From: Psilocybe cubensis
Taxonomy: Eukaryota
NCBI GenBank assembly: GCA_017499595.2
Contig: CM038999.1
Span: 1,364,001 to 1,428,000 of the forward strand
Direction: 5' to 3'
DNA: 64,000 nt
Shown here: one piece after another, positions 37,901 through 51,170 of the stretch
Layout: every line of letters starts with the position of its first letter
Position numbering within the stretch: the first letter of the stretch is position 1
Notes under the pieces: model-generated
What the model saw: only the letters and a program-made list of their open reading frames with translations
Databases searched by the model: none
Told to the model about the DNA's origin: nothing
Made by a program: the position numbers and the translations under genes

Positions 37901-39920
37901 CAGCCACCAGTCATATGTATGCGATTGAAAGCTCCCCACATCAGACAAGACAACGAGCTTGGAAGGTCCTGAATAGAATACCCATTTCGAAGTCTAAATC
38001 AGTCCGCTCTCTCCAGTTACTTTTCTTATTTAGTAAGGTATGTATGTGTGTAGCACATAAGTACATAGAATATAAATATGACAAGTGACAGTGCGACAGA
38101 CCCATTTTGCTCTTGGGTTTTGTATGCTTCCATCTTCGCTCCTGGCTTTACGTTAGACCAGACCTTCCCCCCCATTCCGCGGCGAACCAGCTCGCACCCT
38201 TGTTGATTACACGGATATAAATGGCTCCAAATTTCACATCACTTCGGAGAGACTCCCTCCACCCATTGGTGTCTGTTCTGACCGCGTTTGAACTTCAAAC
38301 TGTGATCATGATATTTGACTCTTCCCATGTTGTAAATATATTGCCCACGTATCGCGGCCTCTCTTAAAATTACAGCGCGTGCTGAAGCACGCGCGTTCCT
38401 CACCTTGTTGTATTTTTTGCTTATCGCTCCAACAAACGCCTTAGACTTGATGGGATCCCCAGGCCGCGGAACAGAAGGTACAATAGAGAACACCAAGCTC
38501 CGGCAGTTTTGAGAAAAAGAGAAGGAACAAAACGCATGATTCAGCCTCGACAGTCAGGAGCTGAAGATATGCCCAGCTGAGGACTTCGATTCTTTTTCAG
38601 TGTTCCGAACATTTGAGAAAGGCGCAAGCATATTATAGGTATGTAAGATAGGTATGTGGAGCCAGGTATTATATACTTTGAATTTGTACGCTATGATGGG
38701 CCTTATGAATAAAGAAGAGAGAGATAGAGGAAGAATAATGAAAGAATGTACACCGGTAAGATGAGACGAATAGACCAAAAAGAGAGGAAACGAAAAAAGT
38801 TCGAAAGGAGGTTGAGGGGAGTAGGAGATGGCGGGGACAGTAACAGGAAAATACAACTACAAGGAGAAAGAGTAGCATATTGAGCTAGAAGCACATCGAA
38901 GGAAGAAATAAAAACCACTAGTGTCACACGGGAAAAAAAAGGAAAACGGAAGGGAAAGGATGATCAACAAAAAGGGGTTGGCCGGGGTGACCCACCAACA
39001 ACAGTTGAAACAAAAAAGAACCTTTCAAGATATTGCGTGGTAAGGGAAGGTGAAAATTTAGTTGTGGACGAGTTTTCAGGAACGGGTACGGGTCCTTCAG
39101 ATGGCGATGGGCGGTGGAGCTGATTGACTGATGTTTTAATACCAACAGTGACAACGGGTGAGCAAAGGCTATTCGCGATAGACCAAGCTACGGATAGGTG
39201 GGAAAAATTATTGTTGAAAAGAAAGTCGAGCGTAGCACTGTGATTGTGGACAGCAAAGTTACAAACGATGAGAGCGGGACGGTAATGTGGTGAGTTACAT
39301 TGGCTAGAGATGGGGGGGAACATAGGAAAGATAGTTAAATCCTCCTATGTGTGGAACAAGAAAAGGGAAAGGAAAGTCAAGAATCTGGTCGGATGTAAGA
39401 TAGCATAGAGCCGGACGATGTGAGGGTGTAACGATGGAAAATGATTGTGATGATTGGTAACAACGATGGTTGGATTTGATGAGATAGAAAGCCAAAAAAT
39501 ATAGCGGATGGATTAGGGATAAATGATAGGATAGTAGAAGGACTTGTAGCAGTCAGAATTAGGCCAAGGCCGATGATGGATAAGGCAGGAAAGCAGTATG
39601 ACCAAGAATCAGAGCAAAGTCGGGAACAAAAAATGTATAGGATGTGTTCCCGAAGCGATAACAATCCGATGTACATCGCGAAAAAAGATAACTCGGGACG
39701 AATGCCAGGATGAAACCCTGAAACAAGACCAAAAAGATCAAGAAAAGCCAGGCAGGCACACGACAGGCACAGAGATGGAAACAAAGATTGCTGCCGCTAA
39801 TAAACGCCTGTTGATGACGGCTATGTGTACTGCTGCTAGACAACCTGTCCGGAGTCGCCGAGAGACTTGGCCGTACTGCACAAACACATCCCGCCAACGA
39901 ACGCCAGGGTCCTGCCACAC

Positions 39921-42266
39921 TTACGTGTAGGCAACAAATGCGTTCATGCCGTTACCGATATTCGCCGCAGGCATTGTGGCGGGCAGTGGGTCCGCATAAT
40001 GTCCAGAAGGATCGAAGACGTTAAACATATCCACCTGCTGCTGCTGCTGGTGTTGTTGTTGAGAGGCGTCGCCTGAGTAACTCTCGGAATAGTTGGAAGT
40101 AGGGAATGTAATTTCTTGCTGTGAATCCTGGGTATGGGCGTCTTGATTCTGCGCAGGGTAGTAAGAAGCGCCGTCCTGCTCCGAAGCCACTTGAGGCTCG
40201 CTACCGTATGTCAAATACTGCTCCTGTCCGTTTGCCTTCTACATGAACAACGCAACAATATGATGAACTAGTCAGCGACGCGCTTATCCTCATTAGGAAA
40301 AAGAACAAACCTGGTTAGATTTGCTGTCCAACGCGAACGCCAGCTCGCTAGAAGTGGAGATAGAGATAGGAGGTGTTCCAGTAACCACTGTTGTGTCTTG
40401 TGCATGCGGGCTGTCCCTCGGGGTTATTGTAGAGGTGGGGGAAGGGTAGTTGGGATCAGAATTTGGCTGCACTTGCTGCTGTTGGTGGTGGTGTTGATGC
40501 TGCACATTCGAAGTAGCCGTCAATTCGACACCATCAGTCACATTTGAGTATTGATAATCCTCTTGCGGCGTGTAAGTCGGTACGTGCATGCTCTCTGCAC
40601 CATGGCCGACATCAAGACCCGACATCATCCCCAAGAAATGCCCCGACGCACTGGAAGGCGGTAGCGAATTAGTAAATCTGATTGGAATGAACGGAAGAAA
40701 AAAGAATATGATTGGAGGACAAATTGAAAGTCTAAACGTACCAAGAGTCTCTTCTTTCCTCCGCCAAGCGATGATCAACAGCAGGGCCCCCGATGTCGCC
40801 GTAATACGAACTGGTGATGCTCGAATCACTAGTGGCGATCGACGCTATCGAACCGAAACGGGAATAGGCATCGTATGAAGGCGACATAGCGCTGTCCTCA
40901 TCGTCTCCTCGGAAGCTAAATGATCGCAGCGAGTCTGGAGAATTGCGCTCACTATCGCCAGAGCTAGGCGAAGCCATAGGAGGCGTATTGGCAGCACCAA
41001 ACGAGAACCCAGGCGAGGGCAAAGGCCCTGGGATTGGAGACGCCAAAGGGCGCTGCGAGAGCGCATACAAGCGCTGGTCGGGAAGAGAGACCCTGATAGC
41101 GGCGTTGTAAGGTGTGGTGACAGGAGAGGGAGATTGACTTTGATGGGTCCTAGTGATAGAAGGGAAACGGGTTGAACGGGAGTCCATCGAAAGGCGACGC
41201 AGGCTCGCCTGCTGGGGCATAGATGCGAAACCGGACAGCATGCCACGCCTCTGATGAGGTGGTGGATGGTATCCATAAGGCATGCGATTAAGCTGATGTT
41301 GGTGGCGAGTGCCGTTATTAGCGCCTGGCATCACAACACCTACCCCTGGACCATACAACGCGCTATTTTTTGCCCTGGCCAAACTAGCAAAGGGGTTCGA
41401 AGCGAGACGTGCCAGGCTAGCATCAACGGAGCAGCGGCGAAGGAAAGGATCAAATTCAGTGTTGGGACTGTCCATGGAGGAATTGGGCTGGGGAAACGCG
41501 TTGAGAGGAAGCGAGCCGCGTCTGTGTATGTGGAGATCAGGGTTGTTCCCTGAGCTACTGGAGCTACTGTCGGAATTGGAAGAAACGAATGTGTTGGTAG
41601 GAGGACGGATAGGCAGGGTGGCGCTGTCTGGTGCAGGGTCTACAGGAGAGTTTTGCCAAGGGAAGTTATTCGAGTCGGTGACGAGACGAAGACTTGGTGG
41701 AGAGATTGGTGCGGGTGTGGTGGCATTCGGAGAGAGAGAATACGCGTCTATTTCGTCATGCGACGAGCCTTGACGCTGGAGGGAGTCAGAAACGTCGTCC
41801 TTGCCAGGGAGCGAAGAGTAGTCGTCGTCCTTGAAATCCTCGATGGACACCTTGGACAGAGCGCCCTTACCACCCTTGACCTTTTCCTTCGCTCGGCTAT
41901 CAGAAAAAAAGAGAAAAAGTTGAAAGACAGAGAGAGAACATAAGAAACATGAAAACGGACCGATTCTGGAACCAGACCTGGAACGCGTCGGTGAGGAGGG
42001 AGAGTAGACGCGAAAAGAGCAAGACATACCTGGACACCGCGGGGAGTCATGTCGAGCTGGAGGGCAAGCTCACTGCGGAGGGCGGCATTGGGCTTGGTAT
42101 CATTTTTAAAGACGGACTCGAGGACCTTGAGCTGGGCACTGGTTGTCCTTTTCCTGTGCTTGACCTCGTTGGGGGTGTAGGGATAGAACGCGCGGAAATC
42201 GACGGGAGCACAGTCTGGGTTGTTGGGAACGAGGGGGCGGGGGTAGGGTGTGTTCTGGTAGCCCAT
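39921..42266 (-). CDS. hom2: Homeodomain transcription factor, Hom2-like (mushroom-development regulator)
   Basis: Homeodomain VKHRKRTTSAQLKVLE...MTPRGVQ|VWFQN|RRAKEK, with a 17-nt microexon at 41977-41961. Four RRxS motifs (RRGS, RRCS, RRLS, RRDS), as described for S. commune Hom2. Orthology is inferred. Confidence 0.75.
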
Positions 42267-42531
42267 CTGGGCGGGATAAGTTGCGTAGTTGGTGGTTGTA
42301 GAAAGAGGGCCGGATAGTTATAGTTATAGGCGAGTGAAAAATACTGAACCGGTTCACTTTAGGCCAGGAACCAACCGACTTCCTAAAGCGGTTAGACCAG
42401 TTATGCGCTCTTAGCGAGCCTATCAGATAAAGAGGCAAACATATATTTTCTATTATCTACCTACGTATACTATTAAACATAATCATCCTGTGTATGTAGC
42501 ATAGAGTCCCAGTAATATCCTTCTCTTCGCA

Positions 42532-42550
42532 TCGTCGTCGTCGTCGTCGT
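42532..42550. repeat. (TCG)6 microsatellite in the wee1 3' UTR
   Basis: tcgtcgtcgtcgtcgtcgt. Confidence 0.8.
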
Positions 42551-42648
42551 CCTAGTCATGTAGTGAGCGCAGTAGCTGTTGTAATGGCAATATCAGGGAA
42601 ACGAAGCCAGGGTATCTTCCAACCAGCAACCGATCCAGCAAAACAAAG

Positions 42649-45600
42649 TCACGCATCCGTATCCATCACCCTCTCATCTCGCCCCAGTATCTCCTCCAGA
42701 AATCCACTCCTCACTCCCGCCAGCGGCGACGCTTTCCACACATCCCCGCCCTCCTCTGTCAGTTGTCGTCGGAGTACCTCCATCGCCTCGCGCGCTCGAC
42801 GGACTACAGGGTGTCCACACACCTCCTCCATCGTCAGGCGCTTGTCCGGATCCGTGCGCATTGTGTTCCGGATGATGTCAATCATCTCGGTGCTGTATTC
42901 ATCAAGGTCCACCTGCGACAGATCCTCGCGTCGCAAGCGCTGCCATCCATCTCCTCTAAGTAAGAGAACAATTCAGTCAGTCTTCAGCTCCTCCAAAACA
43001 TAGAGACCGGTGACGAGCGCCCTCCGCGGCCCGCCAACCGTCTAAATCGAGAAATAAACTCAACTGGTCAGGGACGACGATATTCGATGCCGTTTCCAAG
43101 ATCGTCATACCAAAGCTAAGATCAGACACAACGTGAGAATTCTTCTCGCGGGTACCGTGCAAACCGTGCGACTCACCTGAACACATCAGCAGCCTTTCCA
43201 TACCGTCCTTGAAGCACCTCAGGTGCCAAGTACAACTTGTCTCCTTCGCGTTCGAAACCGCCCCCATTCGCACTGCCACTACATCCGTTCCCTCTTTCTT
43301 CACTTCCGCAAGCTGTGTCCGAACTCGAGTTTTTCATCGGTCGAGGCCACAACGACGCCATTCCAAAATCTCCAATTTTAAATCGACCCTCCTTGGTCAC
43401 AAACACATTCGACGGCTTCAAGTCGAGGTGGATTACTCCAGAATCGTGAATGAATCTTAAACCCTGTGCGAAAAAAAGAAGCATTAATCGTTTTGATGAG
43501 CATCTTCGGGGGAGCCGAATAGATTAATTGCGTAGCACTGTGTGACTTACGTTACTCAGATCAGCAATGATCTTCCACACCCGTGCTTCATCCAGGCGAG
43601 GGAAGACGCGACCGTACTCCCACAGGAATCTCGCCAGGTTGCCCGATTCGCATAGTTCGGTGCGAATGAACAGTGCTTCGTCTTCCTCCCAACTATCGAT
43701 GTACGCCAAAACGTTAGGATGGCGCCCGTCGACATACTGAGTTAATGCGGCTTGTGATAGATGCTTCAGGATATCAACCTCCTCCCGCAGTCGGAGTCTA
43801 AATACGGGTGAGCATATAATCAGTCACCAAGAACCATAGCAACTGCATGCAAAAAAACAAGGAAAGGAAGCATGTTCCATAAAAAGACCCCTGTCCCAAA
43901 TCTCGGAATGAGGGTATTCTTTTTTCTGAGCGGGAGTTGTAATAGCACCCGCACCTCAATCATGCAGTGCAGGCACTTTTAGCAGACACGACAAAAGGGA
44001 ACACAAAATCCCATAGAGAAAATTGAATAAATGAAAGAAAATGAAAACATACCGATGTTTCGCTCCTTCGAATCGTTTCGACTTCTTGATCGCAAATACC
44101 TCCAGACCGTCGCCTGACTTGCATTGGACTTTAATGACTTTGCCAAATTCGCCACAACCAATTTCTTCTATTTCTTCAAAATCGCGCTCAAATCGCCCAG
44201 GTTGCTGTTCATCATCGTAAGAATCCGACAAACGCCGCGTTGTCATTGACGGTCTCGGAGCTAAATGATGGGCAGCTCGTTCAGGCGCTACTACGGACCG
44301 CTTGCCATTGGTAGGGGAATTGGAATTGAAAGTGGCTATAGAGCTCGAAGATGACCCCGAGGCAGATCGAGGGGATGCCTTGTTCAATGAGTCGCTTGAA
44401 GGAGAAAGGCGGATCGGTCTTCGAGGATTGGGGAGTTGCCAATCTGTCCAACAGTTTTAGTAAAAGAAAAAAATAAAACAAACATGACAACATATGCACA
44501 CAGCCGGAATGAACCAAATAAAAGAAATAGAAAACGGCTTACTAACCGATTGCCTTTGTTGTTCGCGTGGGTGTACTGGTGAGCGATGTTGATTCGCTGC
44601 CACTGGAAAAAGCACCACTACTGCTCCTCCGCATCAACCACCGGGCCCGGGGAATGGCATTCACGGCACCCTTTGCGGTCGGAGGTGGCAGACCCATCCC
44701 AAGTCCCTTATAGGAATTTCTTCGAATACTCGGGCTGTACTCTTCTTCCTCTTCTGTGTCTGTGTTGTATGTTTGTCGCTCTCCGTTTAATTTAGCCGTA
44801 TTTGAACGAGTACGACCAATCAGCGCATCAGCTTTGGGAAAGGCAGAAGGCATGCTCTTCCGTGGAGCACCCCTGGCATTAGCAAATTGAAAGGCATCTG
44901 GCATTGCGACTTTCGAAGCTACAGCACTTTGCCAAGGACGGTCATTTCCAAAATAACTTATTCTGACCTTCTTCACGGGTGTTCCAGGTGCTTTCTTGGG
45001 CATTGCAGACCCCTTTGAGGCAGCAGCCAGAGTCTTCACAATAAACGCGTCAACGTCAATGCCTTCAGGATTGTATGGGTGGGTATCGTCTCCATTGACG
45101 AAGACTCTCGAGTTAGGCCACCCGGAAGAATCTTCAGGAGTAACGCCTGGGGTAACCAGACCCTCGTCTGAGCAAATGGAACTAACACTCGTCGAAGCTT
45201 TCGGCATAATGTCTCCTGCGGCACTTGAGCCCGTTGAGGTCATCTCATCTTCGTCACTACCCTGCACAGACTCGCGAGGCTTAAACTTCATCTGCAAAGA
45301 TGTTCTGGGTTTCGGAGACGGAGAACTTCGGGTCATATCTGCAATTGGCACAGCGAATGACGGCTCGTCACCCCCAAAGAAAGCATCTTCATCATCGTCC
45401 ATGTCCATGACCAACATGCGAGCACCCTCATTCCCAGGTTTGTAAGGAGAAGACCCAGGCGAGGGCGATAAATTTCGTGTTTGAAATGCATTCCACATTC
45501 GATCAGAAACTCCGGATTCGGGGCCCGCATAGCTGTGTCTGTTAGCTAAATTTGGCCGTTGGGCAACGTTGTCGGTGCGCAGCATCGAAGCAAAGTTTTC

Positions 45601-47060
45601 AGCGGGAGAAGGTACAGTACTGCCAGTGCGTGACGGGGTGGCAGCAGGCGCTGTCACCGGGATGGCGGGGCCGAAAAAGAGGCTAGCGGCGCTAACACTT
45701 TCAATCCTGCTGAGTGGAGGTCGAGGTGGGTACATTGGATGATTGACAGGCTGAGGACGAGCAAAAATCGAACCGCTGCTGATCCGACGGCGGGGGCGGG
45801 GAGAGCCTGCATCTGACGAAGATGACGCAGAACTAGGAGAAGCTCGACCACGATGAGCAGTGGATGGAAATGCAACAGGACCACTGTGTCGGGGTCGGTT
45901 AGCACCAACTCTGGTCGGAATTCCCGACTGCTACAATAGCATATATTAGTTTAAACGTTTATTCGCTAGAGGAATAAATGAAAACATACCCTAGTGGGAG
46001 ATTTCGGTACCTTGAAAGCGTGTTCACGTAGTTCTGCAGAAAGAGGCCTAGCTCGTGCCCGTCGTTTGGTAATGTGTCCCCCTGGAGAGATGGCTTCGAC
46101 TACTTCTTCTTTTCCCTTGCCCTTCGAAACAGACGGGAGAAAGGCCAGAGATCTAGGGTGTTGTTCATTGTTGGTGGCGCCGAACCGGGGCTTGTCCAGG
46201 AACAGAGCGTCGCCTGGTTCGTCTTCATCCATCTCACAGCCCGAATCACTTGGTGCACTAGGGAACGCATTCTCGTCGTTGACAGCAAATGAGTTCTGAT
46301 CAGAAAGTCGCAACCGCGTCAAGGACGCTGTCTGTCTCTTGAGATACGCTTCTGTCTCCGCTTTGGTATTTGGCGTGCGGTCGACAAACTTTGGAGCTGG
46401 GAGTGGAGCGAGACACTCGAACCCCACAGAGGAGTCGGAGCGCCTAGATTGGGTAATCTTCAAAGGAGTAAGGGTATTCGTACAGAGAGGGGTGGCTAGC
46501 GGCGTTGACTTGCGCTTGGTGCCGACCCCGACTCGGGAACTAGACACTAGCTCGGCCGGTGGCGCAGCAGGAGTGCTTCCGAAGAGCGGGTTGGATGAGG
46601 GCCTGGCTGGCATGGCAGGCTTTGTTCCGGAACGATGCCCCTGCTTTACAGGAGTCAGCAGAGGCTGCTGAGAAGAAGAGGTTGTGAAAAAGGGAGTAAA
46701 CGAAGCGGACGGTGATCCGGTAGACGAAAGAAAGATGGAGCCATCCTCCTCGTCTGCAGTGATAGGCTGTGGCCTAGTAGCAAAGAACGGATTGTAGGTC
46801 TGCGCCAGCGCTGTTGGGTTGTATGGAGACTGCAAAGAGTCGTTGTCACGGTAGGGTGGGATTGTAGCGGGAGATGGAGTATTTGTGTCTATGGGCGCGA
46901 GAGGTCGCTGACGGAAACGGAGAGGGGATGAAGGGAGCATTGGAGAGTCGCAGGATGAGGCAGGGGTCGGACTGCAGTGGCGCCTATTATATTTGGGAGA
47001 AACGGGCACGCCTGAGTCGCATGGGTTGACATAGGGCTTTGTGGGAGTAGACACGAGCAT
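42649..47060 (-). CDS. WEE1: Wee1/Swe1-family CDK-inhibitory protein kinase
   Basis: Long S/T/P-rich N-terminus. Kinase motifs IGCGEFGKV, FAIKKSK, HPNVLAYIDSWEE, IHLDLKPSNVF, KIGDFGMA, EREGDKLYLAPE and NIVVPDQ|GDGWQRLR. Confidence 0.92.
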
Positions 47061-50046
47061 TACGCGCGGGCAGTGCTGTGGGCAGTTTTGTGTATTTTGT
47101 GAATTAGAGACAAGGCGTTGTTGATGAATATGAAGCAAGAGTAGAGAGAGTAGATAACGTTAATGGAGTCGTAGGCGTCGTGGGGTGGGTGCGGCAGGCA
47201 GGTGCGAGAAATAAATAAAAGACGCGGTCCACTTTCCCCCCTTGGCTTTTCTAATCTCACGATCCGCATTCAACAACATCACGTGATCGCGTCCTGCTCT
47301 CTTTTTTGACTCCGTCGCCCCGATCATTTCAAATCCATCCCCACAGTTTCTTGTCCCCCTTGTCGCATTATTGTCCTTCTCAAGTCTCTTTTATTTCTTG
47401 TTGTTCCTCTCATAGCCTTTCAATGCCTCTCAATTGTCTGTGTGTCACGACTCAGTCACTTTGGGAACCGCTTCTGGCGCTACATCAATTGTTTGACACC
47501 CATCTCAACCATTTCAAGGCTGCGGGTAAACTTATATCAACCTCGAAAAATAAAAAAAAAAGCTACTAGCAAACAGTCTGATAAGACCCCCTATCTTCCG
47601 AAAGACTCGGCGCCTAGGCTTGCACACGTCATCTCCCAGTAGCAGCTACACAATCGTCGGACCTTAGCCCCGCTTTTAATTTTGAGTCTGTTCCGTTCCT
47701 AGCGAGCACAACCCGTGCCATCAGCCTGACCAAGGTAATTTGTTGAGCTAAGTAAGCCCCTATCGTGACTTCCACCCGAAATACCTCTAACGAAGGTGAC
47801 TCCTCCGAGTATTCCAATGCGGTGAGAGCAAAAACCAGTCATGACCGGTGTTTCCGAGTCATTTGGAAAGATGATTGCTGCTACTCTGTCACCCGCAGCT
47901 CCTAACATACAGAGTACACAAATCAAAATGGAGATCATTACATTGATACGTCTATTGGCACTGAAGGCATGACCAATACCAATACAACTGCGGCGCTGCA
48001 TTTTGTTTGAGAGACCCCTGACTCCAACAATTCCATATGTGAATATACAGAGTATATTGATTTTCCCATTCACAGATAGAACGTGAAGAGTCCTTATGTA
48101 CTCGAAATGTTACCTTTTACCATATTCTGACTATTTCCACTCTCCCGTTCATGTCCACAAGTTCCCTTTCACGGGCCTGTTGACAGAGCGACTATCTCTA
48201 CATCACAAATCACATTCTCATTCCAATCTCAGAGACAACCCTGGTACATCGCGCTGAACATCGACGTCGCCACCGCGCTGGTATGTATCCCACCCATCAC
48301 CGTCACCGTGTGATCGACAACCACTCAAATGTCCAAAACAGTATATACTCGGGTGCGCCACACAGTCGATCATGATCGGAAACGCCAGCAGTCTCGTCCC
48401 GTCCGATATGTCAAACGGGACGATCATAGTACTCACGATCATGATCAGAGTCCTTATGTCCACCAGTAGTCCGCCAGTACAACTTTCTACGTTTACACTA
48501 CGACGTCTGAAGTTAAGGCTTTCAAAATATTGATGCAGGGTGACTTGTCCATTCTGCGAAATTGACCTTGATACTTGACAAGTTTCCCGTCAGACACTAA
48601 CTTTTTTTCTAACTTTAAACTTGGGCCCTTTTGAGCGCGCGCGGGGCCTGTGCCTCTAGTTTTGATAGCTATTTATAATCTAGTCATAAAGAAGTAATGG
48701 ACGAATCAAAATACGAAAACAGCGCCACTAGTGTACTTGGTATGATGCAAACCTCTGAGAGTATCAGAACCTGCACATGCCTTCCAAAGTCAGTTCGCAA
48801 AGACGATAGGCGCTTGTTCCGACCAGCCACACTTTCACGAAATAAGTTAATCTCGACATCTCGCACAGTCAAGACTCCGGCCAAATTTTTCTTGCAACAT
48901 CGAGAATGATAAAGGCCTCAACACAATAACGAGAGGGAAAAGGGAAGCAAGTATGTTATAAATGCTCGGATCGTCATACTTTTATTTTATAAACATACCG
49001 TGCGGTGCCACTTCCTTGAACCACACTCGTGAGGATCACTCAGGATTATTTGTGAATGATCTCATTTAAATATTTGAGATGCTATTGAAAGAATGTGAAA
49101 AGGTCCAGACTATTACAAAACTTAGAGCTTCAGGGCTATGTATACACGCATTCTTTTAGTAGGGCCAATTATCTGGAGCCTTTTGTTCTCCAATACCCTA
49201 TCCAATCCAAGGACTTATATCTCGATTGGCAAGCAAGTCGGAGTGGAGAAACCGAGGATACCGTTGTGTGGACTGATCGAGCGCTATCGAGCAACGGAAC
49301 CGTAGTGTTGAGATAAGCGAGATAATTAAAGGCAATTAAGCAAGCACCGCATCCTAACGTGCTGCATCAGTACTTATAATTTGATCAAAATCGGCCAAAA
49401 AGTCCGCTTGCGTGCATGCCTCGTGGACTATGACAGCCGGTCGCGTGTCTTAGATCACCTAGTAAGCGCTCAAGCAGGTGTAGTGCAATCTGAAAGTCTC
49501 CTTACCAATTTTATGTACTTTGTGAGAGGGATTGGACACCGACCCATTCATTTTGAATTCCATGTCCTACCCCAGGTTCGTCTGCAATTGCAGCTCGATC
49601 ACGATCGAGTCGACATGGTTCGGTCCTCGGAGGCACTTGTTCGATATATAGAGGACTTAGATAGTCACACCACCGTGATTCGGGGGCTGAACCTGGCCGA
49701 CACGATCATGATCAGAACCAATACTAGTTCCGACCCAAACCGGTCTGCAAGCCGTGTAGTGTGCAGAGCCATTTCACTGAGCTTGCGGCGTTTAAGCAAC
49801 GCGTGCGAAGCATATTCCTACCTTACATTATGATAGAATGAAATGAACCATAAAATGTTTGATAGTATATACTAGTACTGTAAAAATTAAGCTTAAATCT
49901 TAACTACGTATATACAAATGTCATGATCGTTGCTTCATTTAAACGCTAAGCTACACTTCATAAAAGTTATCACCAATTGTGTAGATTTGGGAAAAGCCTA
50001 TATTATGTCCAAGTCTCATTGGCTCCTCCGATCCATCGTAAGAGGC

Positions 50047-50943
50047 TTAATCGACATTCCTGTTCACCTGTTGCTGAGGTAAGGGTTGTGGTGATTTGAA
50101 AAATAAGTTTCGCAACAGTAGCGAAACTCCAAAGCTAGAAATTCCAAGTACTGATAAAAAAAGTAGGTTCAGTTTTAGGTTTCTACACCACAGTAAATAC
50201 GACGTACAATATCCTGTCAGTTTCTCAAACGGCGTGTGGAAGTATACGCTTGTAGTATAGCAACCAAGCAACCAGATGCACAAAAGTGCGATATTGCTTG
50301 CTACAGCCCAGCTGTGCAGGCGTGGCCAGGGACCCCTAATGCTGAACGATGTCTTCAACTGCTCTGCTAGGAAAAGTATGCTCATCGTAAGCAGAAACAC
50401 GTGTCCCGACACGTCGTGGCCTCTCCTCAAACGCGGCTTGAATGACAATCCGGCTGGCGCCACGAAGTCCGATCCAAAGAGCGCGGGGTGCGTCTCAGGC
50501 GCGATAACCGTCTTTTCGTAGCATAGGTCCAAGGGAACAGAGTTAATCTCTCCGGTCGGTAGTTGGTATACACATTCTGCGCCGGAATAAACCGTGATTC
50601 TGTCAATGATAGCGGGGCCGAAAAACCAGCTTGTGAAAAGCAGCCAACAGATGGTGAGAGTGCAGTATTGGAAGAATCTGGCACTAGTGCGAAGATGAGG
50701 CGGAGAAGTTAGGTAAGAGAAGAGGAATACAGCCGTTGTCCAGCCCCAGGACCGTTTTATGAAGTAGACGTTTAACGGATTGGCTTTTGAGGCGAAGTAA
50801 TGAGTTTCGGAGAGTTTGTGAGGAAGGAATGTGAGTAATGGATTGGATGTGTCCAGATATGTTTCCTGGAAAACTGAGTATATCGTCCCGAGTAAAAGAA
50901 TGGCCGAGACCAGTGTCAAAGCTTGGGATCGAATGCCGCCCAT
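50047..50943 (-). CDS. SCS3: FIT-family ER acyl-CoA diphosphatase (Scs3/FIT2)
   Basis: Motifs KANPLNVYFIKRSWGWTT, WFFGPAIIDR, GHDVSGHVFLL and TSVYFHTPFEK. Intron at 50207-50151. Likely ATG at 50943. Confidence 0.9.
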   Translation of the reverse strand: MGGIRSQALTLVSAILLLGTIYSVFQETYLDTSNPLLTFLPHKLSETHYFASKANPLNVYFIKRSWGWTTAVFLFSYLTSPPHLRTSARFFQYCTLTICWLLFTSWFFGPAIIDRITVYSGAECVYQLPTGEINSVPLDLCYEKTVIAPETHPALFGSDFVAPAGLSFKPRLRRGHDVSGHVFLLTMSILFLAEQLKTSFSIRGPWPRLHSWAVASNIALLCIWLLGCYTTSVYFHTPFEKLTGYCTSYLLWCRNLKLNLLFLSVLGISSFGVSLLLRNLFFKSPQPLPQQQVNRNVD

Positions 50944-51170
50944 GCTCGTAGATTCGAAGGACAGTGATGTCGGATTCCAGTCGGAGGAGCCCTGCGCGGT
51001 GCATGACGTCGCACACATACAAGCACGTGATTTTGCGTCAACGCGTCCGAGCATTGAGCTTAATTTGTGACTCGGACTTGTATTTAATTGAGCCATTTTT
51101 TCGCTTCTAGTTCTCATTTTCAACTCAACGCGTCTCCTAATTGCTCGTCGTGACTCGGTAATTCTACAGG

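Noticed and set aside
39921..42266. Mating-type HD locus
   Set aside because: This is a single homeobox gene with no divergent HD1/HD2 partner and no mip or beta-fg flank.
49381..49833. 150-aa ORF as a gene
   Set aside because: It has a non-ATG start, no recognisable domain and no clear splice support.
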